Source: a bacterium (GTDB lineage: Bacteria > Patescibacteriota > Minisyncoccia > Phycocordibacterales > Phycocordibacteraceae). Taken from it: 64,000 nucleotides of DNA. Positions 54,504 through 62,983 of this stretch are shown here, one piece after another. Location: contig JAJYHK010000019.1 of NCBI GenBank assembly GCA_021784815.1, positions 48,726 through 112,725 on the forward strand, read 5' to 3'. The notes beneath the pieces were generated by a model. The model searched no databases and was not told the DNA's origin. It worked only from the letters and a program-made list of their open reading frames with translations. Both the position numbers and the translations under genes were made by a program. Numbering within the stretch: the stretch's first letter is position 1; each line of letters begins with the position of its first letter.

Positions 54504-55096
54504 ATGAAGGGGAAGAGGTACACGATAGTGAAGATGAGTACCCAGATGATATCGAGGAAGTGCCAGAAAAGGGCGAGCAGGGTAAGCCGGCGCACGTTGG
54601 TATCCGAGAGGCCGCGGAACGCGACCTGTACAAGGAGTACCAGCATCCAGAGCGAGCCGAGCGCCACGTGGAGTCCGTGCGTGCCGACGAGCGTGAAGTA
54701 GGCGGAGAGGAATCCGCTCCTCGAGGGGCCGTTGCCTGCCGCGACAAGGCCAGCGAACTCGTGGATTTCGAGCCCGAGGAAAGAGAGACTGAGTAGGAGC
54801 GTCACCGCAAACCAGGCGATCGTTTCGCGCGCGCGATCACGGCGTGCCGCGAGGATGCCTAGGCCCGCGGTAAAGGAGCTGGTGAGCAGGATAAGTGTCT
54901 CGGCAAGCACGTAGGGGAGGCTGAAGAGACTGCGCGCGTCTGGACCGCCGAAGGTGTTCGTGTGCAGTACCGCATATGTCGCGAACAGGCTTGCGAAAAT
55001 GAGGCAATCGCTCATCAGGTACAACCAGAAGCCGAACACGGTTACGTCTTGCGTGGCGTATGCTTCGTGCGTGAGGGCGAGGGAGCGGTCGGTCAT
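54500..55096 (-). CDS. cyoC: cytochrome o quinol oxidase subunit III
   Basis: 198 aa, five TM, CyoC-like. Confidence 0.85.
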   Translation of the reverse strand: MTDRSLALTHEAYATQDVTVFGFWLYLMSDCLIFASLFATYAVLHTNTFGGPDARSLFSLPYVLAETLILLTSSFTAGLGILAARRDRARETIAWFAVTLLLSLSFLGLEIHEFAGLVAAGNGPSRSGFLSAYFTLVGTHGLHVALGSLWMLVLLVQVAFRGLSDTNVRRLTLLALFWHFLDIIWVLIFTIVYLFPFI

Positions 55097-55099
55097 AGG

Positions 55100-57052
55100 T
55101 CAGGCAGAATGCGCCGCATCGAGAGCGGCTACGCGCGCGGCGGGAATGACGTACTCTGTGTCTTCCATAAGCGAACGCATGACAAGAAAGACGAGGAACG
55201 CGAGGGCAGCAAGTGCCGCAAGCCACCAGATGTGCCAGATCACGGCAAACCCGAAGAAGAACGCGGTGCCCGCGAGGTAGATGCCCATTGGAGTGTTTTT
55301 CGGCAGCACGATATCTTCGTACGCTCCGGGGGCGAGGCTCTCGCCGGTGCGCTTTGCCTCCCAGTAAGCGTCGCGGCTTGAGATTTTCGGCGTCTTGGCG
55401 AAGTTGTAGAACGGTGCGGGCGAAGGAACCGACCACTCGAGCGTGCGGCCGTTCCAGGGGTCCGCGGCGTCCGCAGTGGTGCGCGCGCGATCTCGAATGC
55501 TCACGAAGATTTGCATGAGCTGGCTTACGAACCCAAGTACGATGATGCAGACGCCGATCCCGGCCATGATGAAGAGCGGCTGCCAGCCGAGCCCTGCCGG
55601 ATAGTGGTCGAGCCGGCGCGTCGCACCCATGAGCCCGAGTACATAGAGGGGAATGAAGGCGACCATGAATCCAACCGTCCAGCCCCAAAACGCGCGCGCA
55701 CCCCATTTTTCATCCAACCGGAAGCCGAAGATTTTCGGCATCCAGTACGTGATCGCCGCGAAATCGCCGAAGAGCACGCCACTCACGATCATGGTGTGGA
55801 AGTGGGCGACAAGGAAGAGCGAGTTGTGGAGCTCGAAGTCCGCAGGCGGCACGGCCATAAGGACGCCTGCCATGCCGCCGATGGTGAAGAGCGCAACGAA
55901 GCCGAGGAACCAGAGCATCGGCGTGGTGAAGAGTATGCGGCCGCGATACATGGTAAAAATCCAGTTGAAAATCTTCACCCCCGTAGGAATCGCGATGATC
56001 ATGGTCATGATACCGAAGAACGCGTTCACGTCAGCACCGGCGCCCATGGTGAAGAAATGGTGCAGCCAGACGATAAACGAGAAGACGGTGATCGCCATGG
56101 TTGCGAGCACCATCGAGGGGTAGCCAAAGAGCCGCTTCTGCGAAAAAACCGCCACGACCTCGGAAAACACGCCGAAGGCAGGCAGGACGAGGACGTATAC
56201 CTCGGGGTGGCCCCAGGTCCAGATGAGGTTCACATACATCATCATGTTGCCTCCGCCGCCCGCGGTGAAAAAGTGCATGCCGAGGTATCGGTCGAGCGTG
56301 AGCATGCCGAGGGTCGCGGTGAGGACGGGGAAGGCGAAGACGACGAGGAGCATGCTTCCGAGGACCGTCCAGACAAAAATCGGCATGCGCATGAGCGTCA
56401 TCCCCGGGCAGCGCTTCTTGAAGATGGTGGTGATAAAGTTTATGCCCGAAAGGAGGGAACCAATGCCGGCGATTTGTACGGCCCAGATGTAGTAATCAAC
56501 GCCGACGCCCGGGCTATAGCGGAGCTCGGAGAGCGGCGGGTAGGCGAGCCAGCCGGCAGTCGAGAACTCGCCCACGACGAGCGAGAGCATCATGAGCGCC
56601 GCACCGGACACGAAGAGCCAGAAGGAGAGGGAGTTGAGGAAGGGGAAGGCGACATCTCGGGCGCCGATCTGCAGCGGCAGGACAACGTTAATGAGGCCGA
56701 GCATGAGCGGCATGGCCACGAAGAAGATCATAATGACGCCGTGGCCCGTAAACACCTGCTGGAAATGCTGGGGCGGCAGGTAGCCCCCGCCGCCGGCCGC
56801 GAGCGCCTGCTGGAGCCGCATCATAATAGCATCGATGCCGCCCCGTACGAGCATGACGAGTGCCACGACGATGTACATGACCCCGATCTTCTTCGCGTCG
56901 AGCGAGGTGAGCCACTCATTCCAGAGCCAGCTCCATTTCCTAAAGTAGGTGAGGGCGCCGAGCACAGCGAGGGTGCCGATGACGATGAAGATCTGCGCCC
57001 CAAGCACGATGGGTCCCTGTTCGACAGCGGCGATGGTGAGGCGGCCAAACAT
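55100..57052 (-). CDS. cyoB: cytochrome o quinol oxidase subunit I (heme-copper oxidase catalytic subunit)
   Basis: 650 aa. The haem/CuB His-ligand motifs are inferred from the family and overall similarity; they were not located in the translation. Confidence 0.93.
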   Translation of the reverse strand: MFGRLTIAAVEQGPIVLGAQIFIVIGTLAVLGALTYFRKWSWLWNEWLTSLDAKKIGVMYIVVALVMLVRGGIDAIMMRLQQALAAGGGGYLPPQHFQQVFTGHGVIMIFFVAMPLMLGLINVVLPLQIGARDVAFPFLNSLSFWLFVSGAALMMLSLVVGEFSTAGWLAYPPLSELRYSPGVGVDYYIWAVQIAGIGSLLSGINFITTIFKKRCPGMTLMRMPIFVWTVLGSMLLVVFAFPVLTATLGMLTLDRYLGMHFFTAGGGGNMMMYVNLIWTWGHPEVYVLVLPAFGVFSEVVAVFSQKRLFGYPSMVLATMAITVFSFIVWLHHFFTMGAGADVNAFFGIMTMIIAIPTGVKIFNWIFTMYRGRILFTTPMLWFLGFVALFTIGGMAGVLMAVPPADFELHNSLFLVAHFHTMIVSGVLFGDFAAITYWMPKIFGFRLDEKWGARAFWGWTVGFMVAFIPLYVLGLMGATRRLDHYPAGLGWQPLFIMAGIGVCIIVLGFVSQLMQIFVSIRDRARTTADAADPWNGRTLEWSVPSPAPFYNFAKTPKISSRDAYWEAKRTGESLAPGAYEDIVLPKNTPMGIYLAGTAFFFGFAVIWHIWWLAALAALAFLVFLVMRSLMEDTEYVIPAARVAALDAAHSA

Positions 57053-57055
57053 ACG

Positions 57056-58033
57056 CTACGGGCGCATCGGCATTACGGGCGCGCCGCTTGCAGGCGGAGT
57101 CATAAACCGCATGACGATTTCAGCATATAAACGCGAGTTGGTCACGCGGAAAACGGTGGCGGGGTTGTGCACGCTCGGCTGCGCAAGCTGCGTGTATGCC
57201 GCAAAGGAAAGCGTGTTCGGCGAACGTTGTGCTTGCGAGACCCATGCGGCAAAGTCGTTTGTGGTCATTGAGCGGACAGGGAAGTGCATGCTCGAAAACC
57301 CCGCTCCGCTTAGGTTCGACGAGAATCCTTCGTACGTGCCGGTTGCATCAGCCATGAGGTGTAGCTGGGTGATCATACCCGGCATAGTCATTTCCTGACC
57401 GCCGAGCTGCGGAATCCAGAAGGCGTTCATGGGCGCATCGCTCGTGAGCTTGAAGGCGATCGGCGTCTGCTCCGGGATCGCGAGATAGTTCATCGTCGCG
57501 ATGCCTTGCGCGGGGTATATGAAAAGCCATTTCCAATCGAGCGACACGACCTCGACGGTAAGCGGCGACATAGGTGAATCAATAGGTCGGAAGGGGTCGA
57601 GCGCGTGTGCGCTCTGCCACGCGACGACTGCAAGCGCGGCGACCACGATCATGGGTACCGCCCACCAGATACCCTCCTCGATGCGGTTGTGTTCCCAGCT
57701 CGGGCGGTACTGTGCCCGCGTATTGCTTGCTCGGTAGTGCCAGGCGATACCGAAGGTGAGCGCAAAAACCGGCACCACCACGATAAGCATAAGGAGCGCC
57801 GCCTTGATCATGAGCGCCTGTTCGCGCTTCGCGATAACGCCTTGCGGATCGAGCAGGCCGACGGCATGCCCATGGGTAAGGGAAAGGGCAATAGCGGTGA
57901 TAGCTGCCGCTAGGATGAGCACGGAAGGGAAGACGTACTTTGGATTCACGCTTCGCTCATTATCAGTCGCGCGGAGCAAAATGCAATGAATCGCTGAGAG
58001 ATACGGGGGAAAAGGAGGGGGGTGGACATCCAC
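57056..58033 (-). CDS. cyoA: cytochrome o quinol oxidase subunit II (no CuA ligands)
   Basis: Colinear with E. coli CyoA (EVVSLDWKWLFIYPAQGIATMNYLAIP..FKLTSDAPMNAFWIPQLGGQ). Lacks the CuA Cys/His, so a quinol oxidase. Confidence 0.88.
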   Translation of the reverse strand: MDVHPPPFPPYLSAIHCILLRATDNERSVNPKYVFPSVLILAAAITAIALSLTHGHAVGLLDPQGVIAKREQALMIKAALLMLIVVVPVFALTFGIAWHYRASNTRAQYRPSWEHNRIEEGIWWAVPMIVVAALAVVAWQSAHALDPFRPIDSPMSPLTVEVVSLDWKWLFIYPAQGIATMNYLAIPEQTPIAFKLTSDAPMNAFWIPQLGGQEMTMPGMITQLHLMADATGTYEGFSSNLSGAGFSSMHFPVRSMTTNDFAAWVSQAQRSPNTLSFAAYTQLAQPSVHNPATVFRVTNSRLYAEIVMRFMTPPASGAPVMPMRP

Positions 58034-58047
58034 GGATGTCCACCCTT

Positions 58048-58290
58048 TTAGTCGCGGAAAGGCTTGTATTTAGATTCTAGTTCGTCCCGAATCCATTGGG
58101 GGCCAGAATGGTAATTGTGGCGGTAGATGTCGATCTCGTTGTGCAGCTGGTCGGTGGCTTGTTCGTGGGGTCTGGGCCTATCGTCCACGCGGACCAATGC
58201 ACTTAGAATGCAGACAACGAGGACGAGCTCAATTACGCCGTACCAAATAAGGCCATCTACGAGCAGGTTCCACAGAGCAGCACCGGTCAT
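58048..58290 (-). CDS. small two-TM membrane protein upstream of cyoA (PLDc_N-like)
   Basis: MTGAALWNLLVDGLIWYGVIELVLVVCILSALV. Confidence 0.4.
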   Translation of the reverse strand: MTGAALWNLLVDGLIWYGVIELVLVVCILSALVRVDDRPRPHEQATDQLHNEIDIYRHNYHSGPQWIRDELESKYKPFRD

Positions 58291-58370
58291 CGCACAGCTC
58301 TCCTTGGAAAGTTCGGAAGCCTCGGAAGTTTCGAACACGCAAGCATGCTACCCTGAATAAGTATACACCC

Positions 58371-58949
58371 ATGAACAATGCACGTCTCTTGTTTTTCGCC
58401 GCAGCCTCGCTTTCACTCTATGTTCCGATCAGTCGCGGCCGGCCAAAGCGCTTGTGCGGTATGCCGATAGATCGACGCATCCCGTTTTTGCCGATATTCG
58501 TCATTCCCTATCTCTCGCTGTTTTTCTTTCTCCCAGCCGCGATCATCCTTCTCTACCCGACGCCCTTTGCGGGGTCGTTTCTTGTCGCGCTCGGCATTGT
58601 CGGCCTGCTCTATGCCACAATGAGTCCTTTCGTGGGGTGCGGTGCTCGACGCGCGGACGCGCACGGGCCGGGGATATTGCGGGCTCTCGTGCGGTTTGTA
58701 TACCGGATCGACGGAGAGTACAACAACGACGTCTTTCCGAGTACTCACGTGTACGTTTCGACCATTTGCGGATACTATCTCGCGCGCGCATACCCGCCGT
58801 ACGCGCTCCTGTCTTGGGCCGCTGCGGTCTGCATTGCCGCCTCGACGGTGTTCATCAAGCAGCATAATCTCATGGATATCGCGGGCGGGCTCGTCTGGGC
58901 AGCGACAGCGATTCTCGTCGCACAGAGCGTGCTCTCGCTCCTTGTCTAG
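58371..58949 (+). CDS. PAP2-family membrane phosphatase
   Basis: PSTHV ... HNLMDIAGG PAP2 motifs. 192 aa. Confidence 0.65.
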   Translation: MNNARLLFFAAASLSLYVPISRGRPKRLCGMPIDRRIPFLPIFVIPYLSLFFFLPAAIILLYPTPFAGSFLVALGIVGLLYATMSPFVGCGARRADAHGPGILRALVRFVYRIDGEYNNDVFPSTHVYVSTICGYYLARAYPPYALLSWAAAVCIAASTVFIKQHNLMDIAGGLVWAATAILVAQSVLSLLV

Positions 58950-59122
58950 AACTCATTTCAATGATAATGGCGACGAAAACGGCAAAAATCCGTCGGGAGG
59001 CTCAATGAGGCCTGAGGTACGGGGAAACGGACGAAGCCGAGCCGCAGCAGGATTTTTGCCGTTTTCGTCGCCAAACTGCGAGTTCTTTCATAAAAAGTGG
59101 TTATTATTGAAATGAGTTCTAG
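58945..59122. repeat. nested-palindrome (MITE-like) element: 17-20 bp outer inverted repeats and 23-bp perfect inner inverted repeats around a 58-bp core
   Basis: Outer ctagaactcatttcaat(gat)aat at 58946-58968 and attattgaaatgagttctag at 59103-59122. Inner ggcgacgaaaacggcaaaaatcc at 58969-58991 and ggatttttgccgttttcgtcgcc at 59050-59072. Confidence 0.55.
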
Positions 59123-59167
59123 GGTAAGTAGCAAATCATCCAGAAATACGCTACAAATAGGGAACCA

Positions 59168-59240
59168 GGGCCCTTAGCTCATCTGGTAGAGCGCATCCAT
59201 GGCATGGATGAGGTGAGGAGTTCGAGTCTCCTAGGGTCCA
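59168..59240 (+). tRNA. tRNA-Ala (anticodon GGC)
   Basis: Cloverleaf folded by hand: acceptor GGGCCCU/AGGGUCC with G3:U70, anticodon loop AUGGCAU, T-loop UUCGAGU, discriminator A. CCA not encoded. Confidence 0.85.
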
Positions 59241-59245
59241 CTCTA

Positions 59246-59601
59246 GTAGACAAGGGAGACAAAATTGCCTCTTTTGCCTTGAAAATAAAGGATATTTCCG
59301 GAGTTCCAAATTTTTCTCCATCGAAGGTCAAACCTGAGGGGAATTGGAACCACTGAAGCTGTGTTTGCGTTTTAATCCCTACCTTTTTCCACGTGTCGCT
59401 CGGGCACTGAAGATACTCTGTGGAGAATGCCACCGCCTCGTCAGGAGAACCGACGGAGCGATTGAGTAGGGCAAGCGTAGAGCATGCCTCGACCTCTGCC
59501 TTCTCGGTGATTGCGAGCTGCTCTTGCAGTACAGCATCGCTAATAACGCCCTTTAGGTTTTTCTGCACGAGCGCGGTGCGTCGCTCAGCCAGTTCGCTCA
59601 C
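59246..59601 (-). pseudogene. 3' gene remnant in low-GC DNA abutting the 3' end of tRNA-Ala (ORF 59179-59601 runs on through the tRNA)
   Basis: Protein-like translation (…ISDAVLQEQLAITEKAEVEACSTLALL…) with no stop before the tRNA. AT-rich 59246-59420. Confidence 0.3.
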
Positions 59602-59750
59602 TTGCGCTTCTAGCTTCGTAATCTTTTGCCGCTCCTTTGCCGTTACTTCTCCGAATTGGAGCGAAAAGGGCAGAACGCGCTCTCGCAGTTGCGCATGTAA
59701 GCACAGCCCTCGCCTCGCGGCGGGGGCTGTGCGAGCATTCTTTTCGCGTG

Positions 59751-59821
59751 TCGGGCCGCCGGGAATTGAACCCGGTCTACACGCACCCGAAGCGTGCGTA
59801 CTACCGTCATACTCCGGCCCG
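59751..59821 (-). tRNA. tRNA-Pro (anticodon CGG)
   Basis: C1:G72 pair typical of bacterial tRNA-Pro, anticodon loop UUCGGGU with G37, T-arm CCGGG-UUCAAUU-CCCGG. Confidence 0.8.
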
Positions 59822-59822
59822 G

Positions 59823-59896
59823 TGCGCTCTATAGGATTCGAACCTATGACCTTACGCGTGTGAAGCGTACGCTCTAACCAACTGAGCTAAGAGCGC
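59823..59896 (-). tRNA. tRNA-Val (anticodon CAC)
   Basis: Acceptor GCGCUCU/AGAGCGC, D-arm GCUCAGUUGGUUAGAGC, anticodon loop UUCACAC, T-loop UUCGAAU. Confidence 0.85.
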
Positions 59897-59980
59897 GAAC
59901 ACCCCCACGATACCAAATATGGGCTGAAAACGCACTCCCACCGAACAAAAGCCCGCACAAGGCAGACATTTGTTCGGTAG

Positions 59981-60051
59981 TCGGGCCGCCGGGAATTGAA
60001 CCCGGTCTACATCCACCCCATGGACGCGTACTACCGGTATACTACGGCCCG
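59981..60051 (-). tRNA. tRNA-Pro (anticodon GGG)
   Basis: Same acceptor and T-arm as the Pro-CGG copy. Anticodon loop AUGGGGU. Confidence 0.8.
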
Positions 60052-60193
60052 AATGCAGAAAGGGTAACACACGGCGTACTGTGTGCTACTCGAACGGAGT
60101 GGCGGACCGTACCGATACGGCTCGAATCGCCCCAAGATTGCACGTCCTTACTATACTGCACCGGCTGATTCTGTGCTAAAATCGCCGTTACGA

Positions 60194-60266
60194 GGGCCCA
60201 TAGCTCAGTTGGTAGAGCGCGTCATTCGCATTGACGAGGTCAGGAGTTCGACTCTCCTTGGGTCCA
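60194..60266 (+). tRNA. tRNA-Ala (anticodon CGC)
   Basis: Acceptor GGGCCCA/UGGGUCC with G3:U70, anticodon loop UUCGCAU, T-loop UUCGACU. Confidence 0.85.
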
Positions 60267-60303
60267 CTGGAAGCAGTGAAGCGCTTCCCAAGCGCCATAG
60301 GCT

Positions 60304-60639
60304 ATGACAACTCGGAAATTCCAGCGTACCAAAGAAGACTTCGCTTGCGAACAGTGCGGGTCCTTTGTGCGCGGGAGCGGCTACACGAACCACTGTCCGC
60401 AGTGTTTGTGGAGCAAGCATGTTGATGTGAATCCCGGCGATCGTCAGGCGGCATGTCGGGGACTCATGGAACCGATGAGCGTTGAGTATAAGAGCGGAGA
60501 GTACATCATGCTCCATCGCTGCGTCTCGTGCGGCGTTGAGAAACGGAACAGGGCGGCGCAGAATGATGGATTCGACGCGATGCTTAAACTCTCATGCCGC
60601 GCGGCCAAGCGAGCAGGCGTTTCGCTTAAGGCGGGTTAG
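60304..60639 (+). CDS. RNHCP-domain zinc-finger protein
   Basis: CEQCG...YTNHCPQCLWSKH...CVSCG: RNHCP signature. 111 aa. Confidence 0.7.
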   Translation: MTTRKFQRTKEDFACEQCGSFVRGSGYTNHCPQCLWSKHVDVNPGDRQAACRGLMEPMSVEYKSGEYIMLHRCVSCGVEKRNRAAQNDGFDAMLKLSCRAAKRAGVSLKAG

Positions 60640-60648
60640 CTGCTTACC

Positions 60649-60795
60649 ACCTAACTTTCTGCCCTGTATACTCGGGCACGTATCGGTTCCGGTAACGGAC
60701 GGTGAGAGGGCGAAGACGTTTTATACGGCCACGCTTGGACCATTAGGATACGTGCTACAGCGCGACTACTCGCCGGCTTTTTATCAGATGTTAAT
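60649..60795 (+). pseudogene. VOC/glyoxalase-family gene remnant (N-terminal ~45 codons only; ATA where the start ATG is expected)
   Basis: …C-I(ATA)-LGHVSVPVTDGERAKTFYTATLGPLGYVLQRDYSPAFYQ. Similarity ends after about 45 aa. Minus-strand membrane ORFs occupy the downstream DNA. Confidence 0.35.
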
Positions 60796-61021
60796 TACCT
60801 GCGTAAGTGTTGCTTGGAAGATTCGGGGACAGCGGACTGCGTCGCAGCCACATACTAACGAGGTACACTCCGGGCACGGCGAATACGACGCTTACGACCG
60901 CGATATAGTGGAGAAAAAAGTCGTGGAGATAGACGCCCAGAAGAATGCCAAGCGCAATCATGGAGAGCTTGAGCAAAGCGTACTGCCACCAGCGCAGGGT
61001 GAGGGGAGCAAAGAGTCTCAT
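60791..61021 (-). CDS. possible small two-TM membrane protein
   Basis: 76-aa hydrophobic ORF. Confidence 0.3.
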   Translation of the reverse strand: MRLFAPLTLRWWQYALLKLSMIALGILLGVYLHDFFLHYIAVVSVVFAVPGVYLVSMWLRRSPLSPNLPSNTYAGN

Positions 61022-61084
61022 ATGCGATTCAGCATACCACCGTCACTGCCGGTTTTGACGCCGCTATGCACGGCGCTATTGCGC

Positions 61085-61561
61085 TCATTGACGGTGCAAG
61101 AAGTGTACGCGCCGGTGTCGGAGCCGGGCACGCTGCGCCTGGTACTGCGCGCGCAAGCGCCGTTCGAGGACGGCCGCTTTTTGAGAGGCGCGCCAACCGA
61201 GCGCGCTCAGTCCGACGTTGAGCAGGAACACGCTCATGAACACCGGAATGAAATCAATCGCCGCGATGCGCGGTGCGACGATAAAGAAGGCCGGGAGGAA
61301 GCTCGCCATGCCGACGACGACATCGAGCACGCGGTTGACAGGCGTCTCTTGGATCTTTGCGAGCGCCTCCCACATCTCGTAGGCCACGAGCGCAATAATG
61401 GTGGTTACGGTGGCGGAGAGGGCGCCAAACCGGAGAAAGTAGAGGCCTAAGCCAATGGATGCCCCCGAGAGGAGATGCACCGCGCTCCAGAGGTCAAACC
61501 ACTCGCCTTCGCGCCAGATATCCGTGCGCTTGAAGATGAAAGGGTTCCTGCGCTTGAGCAT
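61085..61561 (-). CDS. hypothetical polytopic membrane protein
   Basis: About 160 aa, four predicted TM segments, basic C-tail. Confidence 0.45.
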   Translation of the reverse strand: MLKRRNPFIFKRTDIWREGEWFDLWSAVHLLSGASIGLGLYFLRFGALSATVTTIIALVAYEMWEALAKIQETPVNRVLDVVVGMASFLPAFFIVAPRIAAIDFIPVFMSVFLLNVGLSALGWRASQKAAVLERRLRAQYQAQRARLRHRRVHFLHRQ

Positions 61562-61723
61562 GATGACCTTTAATATACGGCAAGGAGGGGTGTGTTTCCA
61601 TCCTTTTTCTGACGCCTTCATCTATTATTTAGGAGGGAAGGGGAACTATGGTGCCAGTTTGTTGGTTTATCATCTACAAGTAAGTAAAGTAAGTACGTAC
61701 GTGCGTACAGAACCACTAACCTC

Positions 61724-62356
61724 ATGCATATGACTCGCCAACGATATGTACTTCTTTCGGTCGCGGCCGCGCTCGCGGTCGCGGGTGTCACCGTAGCGCA
61801 AGTCGGATCGGCCCAAACGACCGGTCCGCTCTCGTGTACAACGAACACACCAACCGTGAGCGTCAATCAGACCGCGGTTTTTACCGCTACAGGAGGAAAC
61901 GGCGCGTATACCTGGTCGGGCGACAACCTCAATGTGTCTAACCCGGTAGGCGCTCAATTTTCCGCAAGCTATCCGGCTACGGGCACTTACATCATCCACG
62001 TCATGAGCGGCGGTCAACTCGCCGGATGTGCGCTTATAGTTGTATCGAACTCGGCCACGAGCACTGGACTCGTCTGCACGCCTGCGAATCAAACCGTTGC
62101 GCTCGGGAATACGGCGAGTGTTTCTGCTTCGGGCGGCACGGGAGCGTATACCTGGTCGGCGCCCGGGCTCACTATCAATAACCCGTATGGCACGGGTTTC
62201 AATGCGAACTTTGCGACGGCGGGAGTGAAGACGATCAATGTCACCAGCGGAAATGCGACCGCATCCTGCGTCGTCAACGTCGCGGCGGGCGGGGGAACGT
62301 CCGTGACGCCAGGTCTCCCAAATACCGGCGGAGGCTACGGTCGCTGGGGCTCGTAG
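61724..62356 (+). CDS. secreted protein with two Ig-like Cys-pair repeats ending in an LPNTG motif without the usual hydrophobic/charged tail
   Basis: Signal peptide. Two ~75-aa repeats each with C…GAYTWS…C. Ends …TPGLPNTGGGYGRWGS then TAG. Confidence 0.7.
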   Translation: MHMTRQRYVLLSVAAALAVAGVTVAQVGSAQTTGPLSCTTNTPTVSVNQTAVFTATGGNGAYTWSGDNLNVSNPVGAQFSASYPATGTYIIHVMSGGQLAGCALIVVSNSATSTGLVCTPANQTVALGNTASVSASGGTGAYTWSAPGLTINNPYGTGFNANFATAGVKTINVTSGNATASCVVNVAAGGGTSVTPGLPNTGGGYGRWGS

Positions 62357-62365
62357 CGCGCAATC

Positions 62366-62983
62366 ATGCGCGCACCGATGCCTAAACCGATCTCCTGGCA
62401 GGCCGCTCTGTTGCTGCCGTTTCTCGCGGGCCTGTCGGGCATGGCCCTTTCGCTTGCACTGCGTTCTGATGTACAGGCGGCGCCCACGCAGCCTGCCCGT
62501 GATGGCAGCGGAGTCTCGGTGCTGACCCCTACGGAACCCGACCGGCTCATTATTCCGGAGATCGGAATGGATGCGCACGTACAGAGCGTGGGGCTGTCGT
62601 GGACCGGCAATGGCAATCTTGGCGTCCCGACCAACTTCACTGATGTTGCGTGGTATAACCGAGGATCGTTTCCCGGCGCGCCAGGAACCGCCGTCATTGA
62701 CGGGCACCTCGATGGCCGTTACGTTCCGGAGGCCGTATTTTACCGGCTCAGCGAGCTTAAGCCGGGCGATCCGGTGTACGTGAAAGAACGCAATGGACAA
62801 GTGGTCTCTTTCGTGGTGACCGGCAGCGAACGGTTCCCCTACGATGCGCCGGACACGACCGCTGTCTTCACGACTGCCGGGAAGGGGAGCTATCTCAACC
62901 TCATCACCTGTGCGGGCGATTGGATTTCGAGCGCAAAGGAGTACGACCAGCGGGTGGTCGTTTTCACAAGACGAGCTTCTTGA
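62366..62983 (+). CDS. sortase (class E/F-like transpeptidase), N-terminally membrane-anchored
   Basis: TM anchor, catalytic His (VIDGHLDG), TLITCAGDW (TLxTC), conserved Arg (VVVFTRR). In the same frame as the LPNTG gene, separated only by TAG plus 3 codons. Confidence 0.8.
   Translation: MRAPMPKPISWQAALLLPFLAGLSGMALSLALRSDVQAAPTQPARDGSGVSVLTPTEPDRLIIPEIGMDAHVQSVGLSWTGNGNLGVPTNFTDVAWYNRGSFPGAPGTAVIDGHLDGRYVPEAVFYRLSELKPGDPVYVKERNGQVVSFVVTGSERFPYDAPDTTAVFTTAGKGSYLNLITCAGDWISSAKEYDQRVVVFTRRAS

Noticed and set aside
55511-57130. 539-aa plus-strand ORF opposite cyoB
   Set aside because: His/Glu/Asp/Arg-rich artefact. cyoB identity is unambiguous.
59179-59245. C-terminal part of ORF 59179-59601, and all of 60205-60516, ending …VDPRRLELLTSSM…
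   Set aside because: These segments are translations of the tRNA-Ala genes on the opposite strand, not protein-coding.
60482-61450. 322-aa plus-strand ORF as a single gene
   Set aside because: Only the first ~45 codons after 60649 look like a VOC domain. The rest overlaps two minus-strand membrane ORFs and is low-complexity.
61670-62800. 376-aa minus-strand ORF spanning the LPNTG and sortase genes
   Set aside because: Arg-rich antisense artefact. Plus-strand genes have clear signal peptide, repeat and sortase motifs.
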